Below, one piece after another: positions 61,828 through 64,000 of a DNA stretch of 64,000 nt. The first letter of the stretch is position 1, and each line of letters begins with the position of its first letter. The notes beneath the pieces are model-generated. The model searched no databases, had not been told where the DNA came from, and saw only the letters and a program-made list of their open reading frames with translations. The stretch lies in NCBI GenBank assembly GCA_963752325.1, contig CAVVXU010000004.1, positions 50,559 through 114,558 of the forward strand, written 5' to 3'. This DNA is from an uncultured Alphaproteobacteria bacterium (GTDB lineage Bacteria; Pseudomonadota; Alphaproteobacteria; Geminicoccales; Geminicoccaceae). Made by a program: the position numbers and the translations under genes.

Positions 61828-63035
61828 AGCTTCACCCCGAGCGCGCTCGCGACGGTATAGATGTCCTTGTCCCCCCGACCGCAGAGATTCATGACGAGCA
61901 GCGTGTCCCGGCTCAGGGTGGGTGCGAGCTTTGCGACCTGGGCCAGCGCGTGGCTGGGCTCAAGCGCCGGGAGGATGCCCTCGAGCCGCGCGCAGAGCTG
62001 GAACGCCTCGAGCGCCTCGCGGTCGGTGATCGCTGCCACCTCCATCCGCCCGATGTCTTTCAGCCAGGAATGCTCGGGCCCAACGCCCGGATAGTCGAGC
62101 CCGGCCGAGATCGAATGCGCCTCGAGGACCTGGCCATCGGCATCCTGCATCAGATAGGAGCGGGCGCCGTGCAGGACGCCCGGCCTGCCGGCGCTGATCG
62201 CTGCGGCGTGACGCCCCGTCTCAATTCCGTCGCCTGCGGCTTCCACGGCGACCATTCGGACGTCGGGCTCGTCCAGGAAGGGGTGGAAGAGGCCCATGGC
62301 ATTGGAGCCGCCGCCCACGGCGGCGACCAGCACGTCCGGCAGACGGCCCTCCTTCTTGAGGAGCTGCTCTCTCGTCTCCCGGCCGATCACCGACTGGAAA
62401 TCGCGCACCATCGCCGGATAGGGATGCGGGCCGGCCACGGTGCCGATGAGGTAGAAGGTGCTCTCGACATTCGTGACCCAGTCGCGGAGCGCCTCGTTCA
62501 TGGCGTCCTTGAGGGTCATCGAGCCCGAGTGGACCGGTCGGACCTCCGCGCCCAGGAGCCGCATGCGGAACACGTTCGGCTGCTGCCGCTCGATGTCGCG
62601 CTCGCCCATGTAGACGACACAGTCGAGCCCAAATCGGGCGGCCACGGTCGCAGTCGCGACGCCGTGCTGCCCGGCACCGGTCTCGGCAATGATTCGCTTC
62701 TTGCCCATGCGCTTGGCCAGCATGATCTGGCCGATGCAATTGTTGATCTTGTGGGCGCCGGTGTGATTCAGCTCGTCGCGCTTGAAGTAGATCTTGGCGC
62801 CGCCGAGATGCCGGGTCAGTGGCTCGGCGTAGTAGAGCGGCGACGGCCGGCCGACATAGTCCGCGAGCCAGAGCTCGAGCTCCTGCTTGAACGTCGGATC
62901 ATGTTTCGACTGCTCATAGGCCTCCTCGAGCTCGAGGATAAGCGGCATCAATGTCTCGGCGACGAAGCGGCCGCCATAGTCGCCGAACCGGCCCTGCTCG
63001 TCGGGGCCCGTGCGCAGGCTGTTTCTAAGAGTCAT
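61824..63035 (-). CDS. trpB: tryptophan synthase beta chain
   Basis: ATG63035 overlaps the trpF stop (TGATG). ..[17 protein letters not shown].., the PLP lysine motif ..[11 protein letters not shown].., ..[12 protein letters not shown].., ..GGGSNAMG... The rest of ORF 61824-63725 is an out-of-gene extension. Confidence 0.95.
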   Translation of the reverse strand: MTLRNSLRTGPDEQGRFGDYGGRFVAETLMPLILELEEAYEQSKHDPTFKQELELWLADYVGRPSPLYYAEPLTRHLGGAKIYFKRDELNHTGAHKINNCIGQIMLAKRMGKKRIIAETGAGQHGVATATVAARFGLDCVVYMGERDIERQQPNVFRMRLLGAEVRPVHSGSMTLKDAMNEALRDWVTNVESTFYLIGTVAGPHPYPAMVRDFQSVIGRETREQLLKKEGRLPDVLVAAVGGGSNAMGLFHPFLDEPDVRMVAVEAAGDGIETGRHAAAISAGRPGVLHGARSYLMQDADGQVLEAHSISAGLDYPGVGPEHSWLKDIGRMEVAAITDREALEAFQLCARLEGILPALEPSHALAQVAKLAPTLSRDTLLVMNLCGRGDKDIYTVASALGVKL

Positions 63036-63712
63036 CAGGCAGCTCCATCGGCGGGCGACGCCACGCGGCCCCCGAGCCGCGACGCCTCCTCTAAAAAGGC
63101 CCGCAGCCTGGCCGGGTCCTTGACGCCCGGCCGTTCCTCGACGCCCGTCGACACGTCGACGATCGGCGGGTGGACGAGGTCCACTGCTGCCTCGAGATTG
63201 GTGGCGGTTAGTCCCCCTGCAAGCGCCCACGGTCGGCCGGGGTCGATGTTCTGCAGGAGCCGCCAGTCGAAGGGAAGGCCGTGCCCACCGGGCCATGCCG
63301 CATCGCGTGGGGGCTTGGCATCGAAGAGAAGCATGTCGGCCACCGCTGCATAGGCTGGCACGCGGGCAAGATCGTCTGCGTCCTGCATGCGGATGGCCTT
63401 CATCACGCGACAGCCGGTGCGGACAGCGAGGCCCGCGACCCGCTCCGGCGATTCGTCGCCGTGGAGCTGGAGAATGTCGAGCGGGACCGCCGACAGCACG
63501 GCATCGAGCCACGCGTCGGTCGGATCGACGAACACGCCCACCGTCGCGACGCCTTCGGCCACATGGTCGATCAGGCCCGCCGCCGCAGCCGGCTCCAGCG
63601 ACCTGGGCGAGGGGGGATAGAAGATGAAGCCGGTGAAAGCGGCCCCGAGGGCACAGGCCTGCTCGACCCGCTCGGCCTCGCGGAGCCCGCAGACCTTCAC
63701 GCGCAGCGTCAT
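63035..63712 (-). CDS. trpF: N-(5'-phosphoribosyl)anthranilate isomerase
   Basis: [12 protein letters not shown].., ..[12 protein letters not shown].., ..[10 protein letters not shown].., ..[11 protein letters not shown].., ..VDVSTGVE... Confidence 0.9.
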   Translation of the reverse strand: MTLRVKVCGLREAERVEQACALGAAFTGFIFYPPSPRSLEPAAAAGLIDHVAEGVATVGVFVDPTDAWLDAVLSAVPLDILQLHGDESPERVAGLAVRTGCRVMKAIRMQDADDLARVPAYAAVADMLLFDAKPPRDAAWPGGHGLPFDWRLLQNIDPGRPWALAGGLTATNLEAAVDLVHPPIVDVSTGVEERPGVKDPARLRAFLEEASRLGGRVASPADGAA

Positions 63713-64000
63713 GAGCGCGCCTCACGCAGGCTCGCGACGATCTCGGTCGCGGCGTCGCGCGGGGAGGCGGCGGCGGTGATCGGCCGTCCGATGACGAGAA
63801 GGTCGGCGCCCAGCGTGAGCGCGTCGGCCGGCGTCGTCGTGCGCTTCTGGTCGTCTCCCGCGGCTTGAGGCCGAATGCCCGGCACGACCAGCCGGAAGTC
63901 GGTACCGCAGGCCTCGCGAATGGCCTTGATCTCGAGCGGCGAGCAGACGACGCCGTCGAGCCCGCATTCCTTGGTCAGCTGGGCCAGCCGGACCGCCTGA
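63709..64000 (-). CDS. pyrF: orotidine 5'-phosphate decarboxylase, C-terminal part (5' end outside the window)
   Basis: The reverse frame reads ..[76 protein letters not shown]. The stop overlaps the trpF ATG (ATGA). Confidence 0.75.
   Translation of the reverse strand, partial: QAVRLAQLTKECGLDGVVCSPLEIKAIREACGTDFRLVVPGIRPQAAGDDQKRTTTPADALTLGADLLVIGRPITAAASPRDAATEIVASLREARS

Noticed and set aside
63036-63725. Upstream 230 codons of ORF 61824-63725 (apparent 633-aa TrpB)
   Set aside because: TrpB similarity begins at ATG63035 ([22 protein letters not shown]). The extension overlaps trpF in another frame and is Arg/Gly/Pro-rich.

Overview
GC-rich chromosomal segment (third codon positions almost all G/C). 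The gene order looks alphaproteobacterial: lepA plus tRNA-Ser on the left, and pyrF-trpF-trpB-trpA-accD-folC on the right. I call about 55 protein genes or gene remnants, 2 tRNAs, 2 bounded IS elements (IS1595 family, IS3 family) and 3 IS fragments (IS3 OrfA, IS110, IS30). Three things stand out. (1) 6.8-35.9 kb looks like a decayed genomic island anchored at tRNA-Ser. A 14-bp direct repeat of the tRNA 3' end sits 159 bp from a broken P4-type integrase gene. The cargo is purely catabolic and transport-related: three sugar ABC importers, two Cys-type sulfatases, a lactonase, an aldolase, dehydrogenases and four regulators, one of which is an unusual wHTH-SBP fusion. (2) 36.9-48.4 kb holds a divergent gene pair. 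One arm is a pyruvate:ferredoxin oxidoreductase operon (GltD-like flavoprotein with a ferredoxin tail, nifJ, a DHODH-like protein). The other is a group 3b NAD(P)-coupled [NiFe]-hydrogenase operon (hyhB, a cNMP-binding protein, hyhG, hyhS, hyhL, protease). A perfect FNR/FixK box (TTGAT-N4-ATCAA) lies in the shared intergenic region. Together this reads as a low-oxygen pyruvate-to-H2 redox module. (3) There are many reading-frame breaks, mostly 1-nt changes, several of them in short G or C runs. They affect uxuA, lepA, hyhB, hyhG, an adenylate cyclase, an ABC exporter half and a glcG-like gene, and they are strongly clustered. Each could be real gene decay or local consensus error, and I cannot tell which from a single sequence. 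All family assignments come from reading motifs and recalling homologs; no database search was run.
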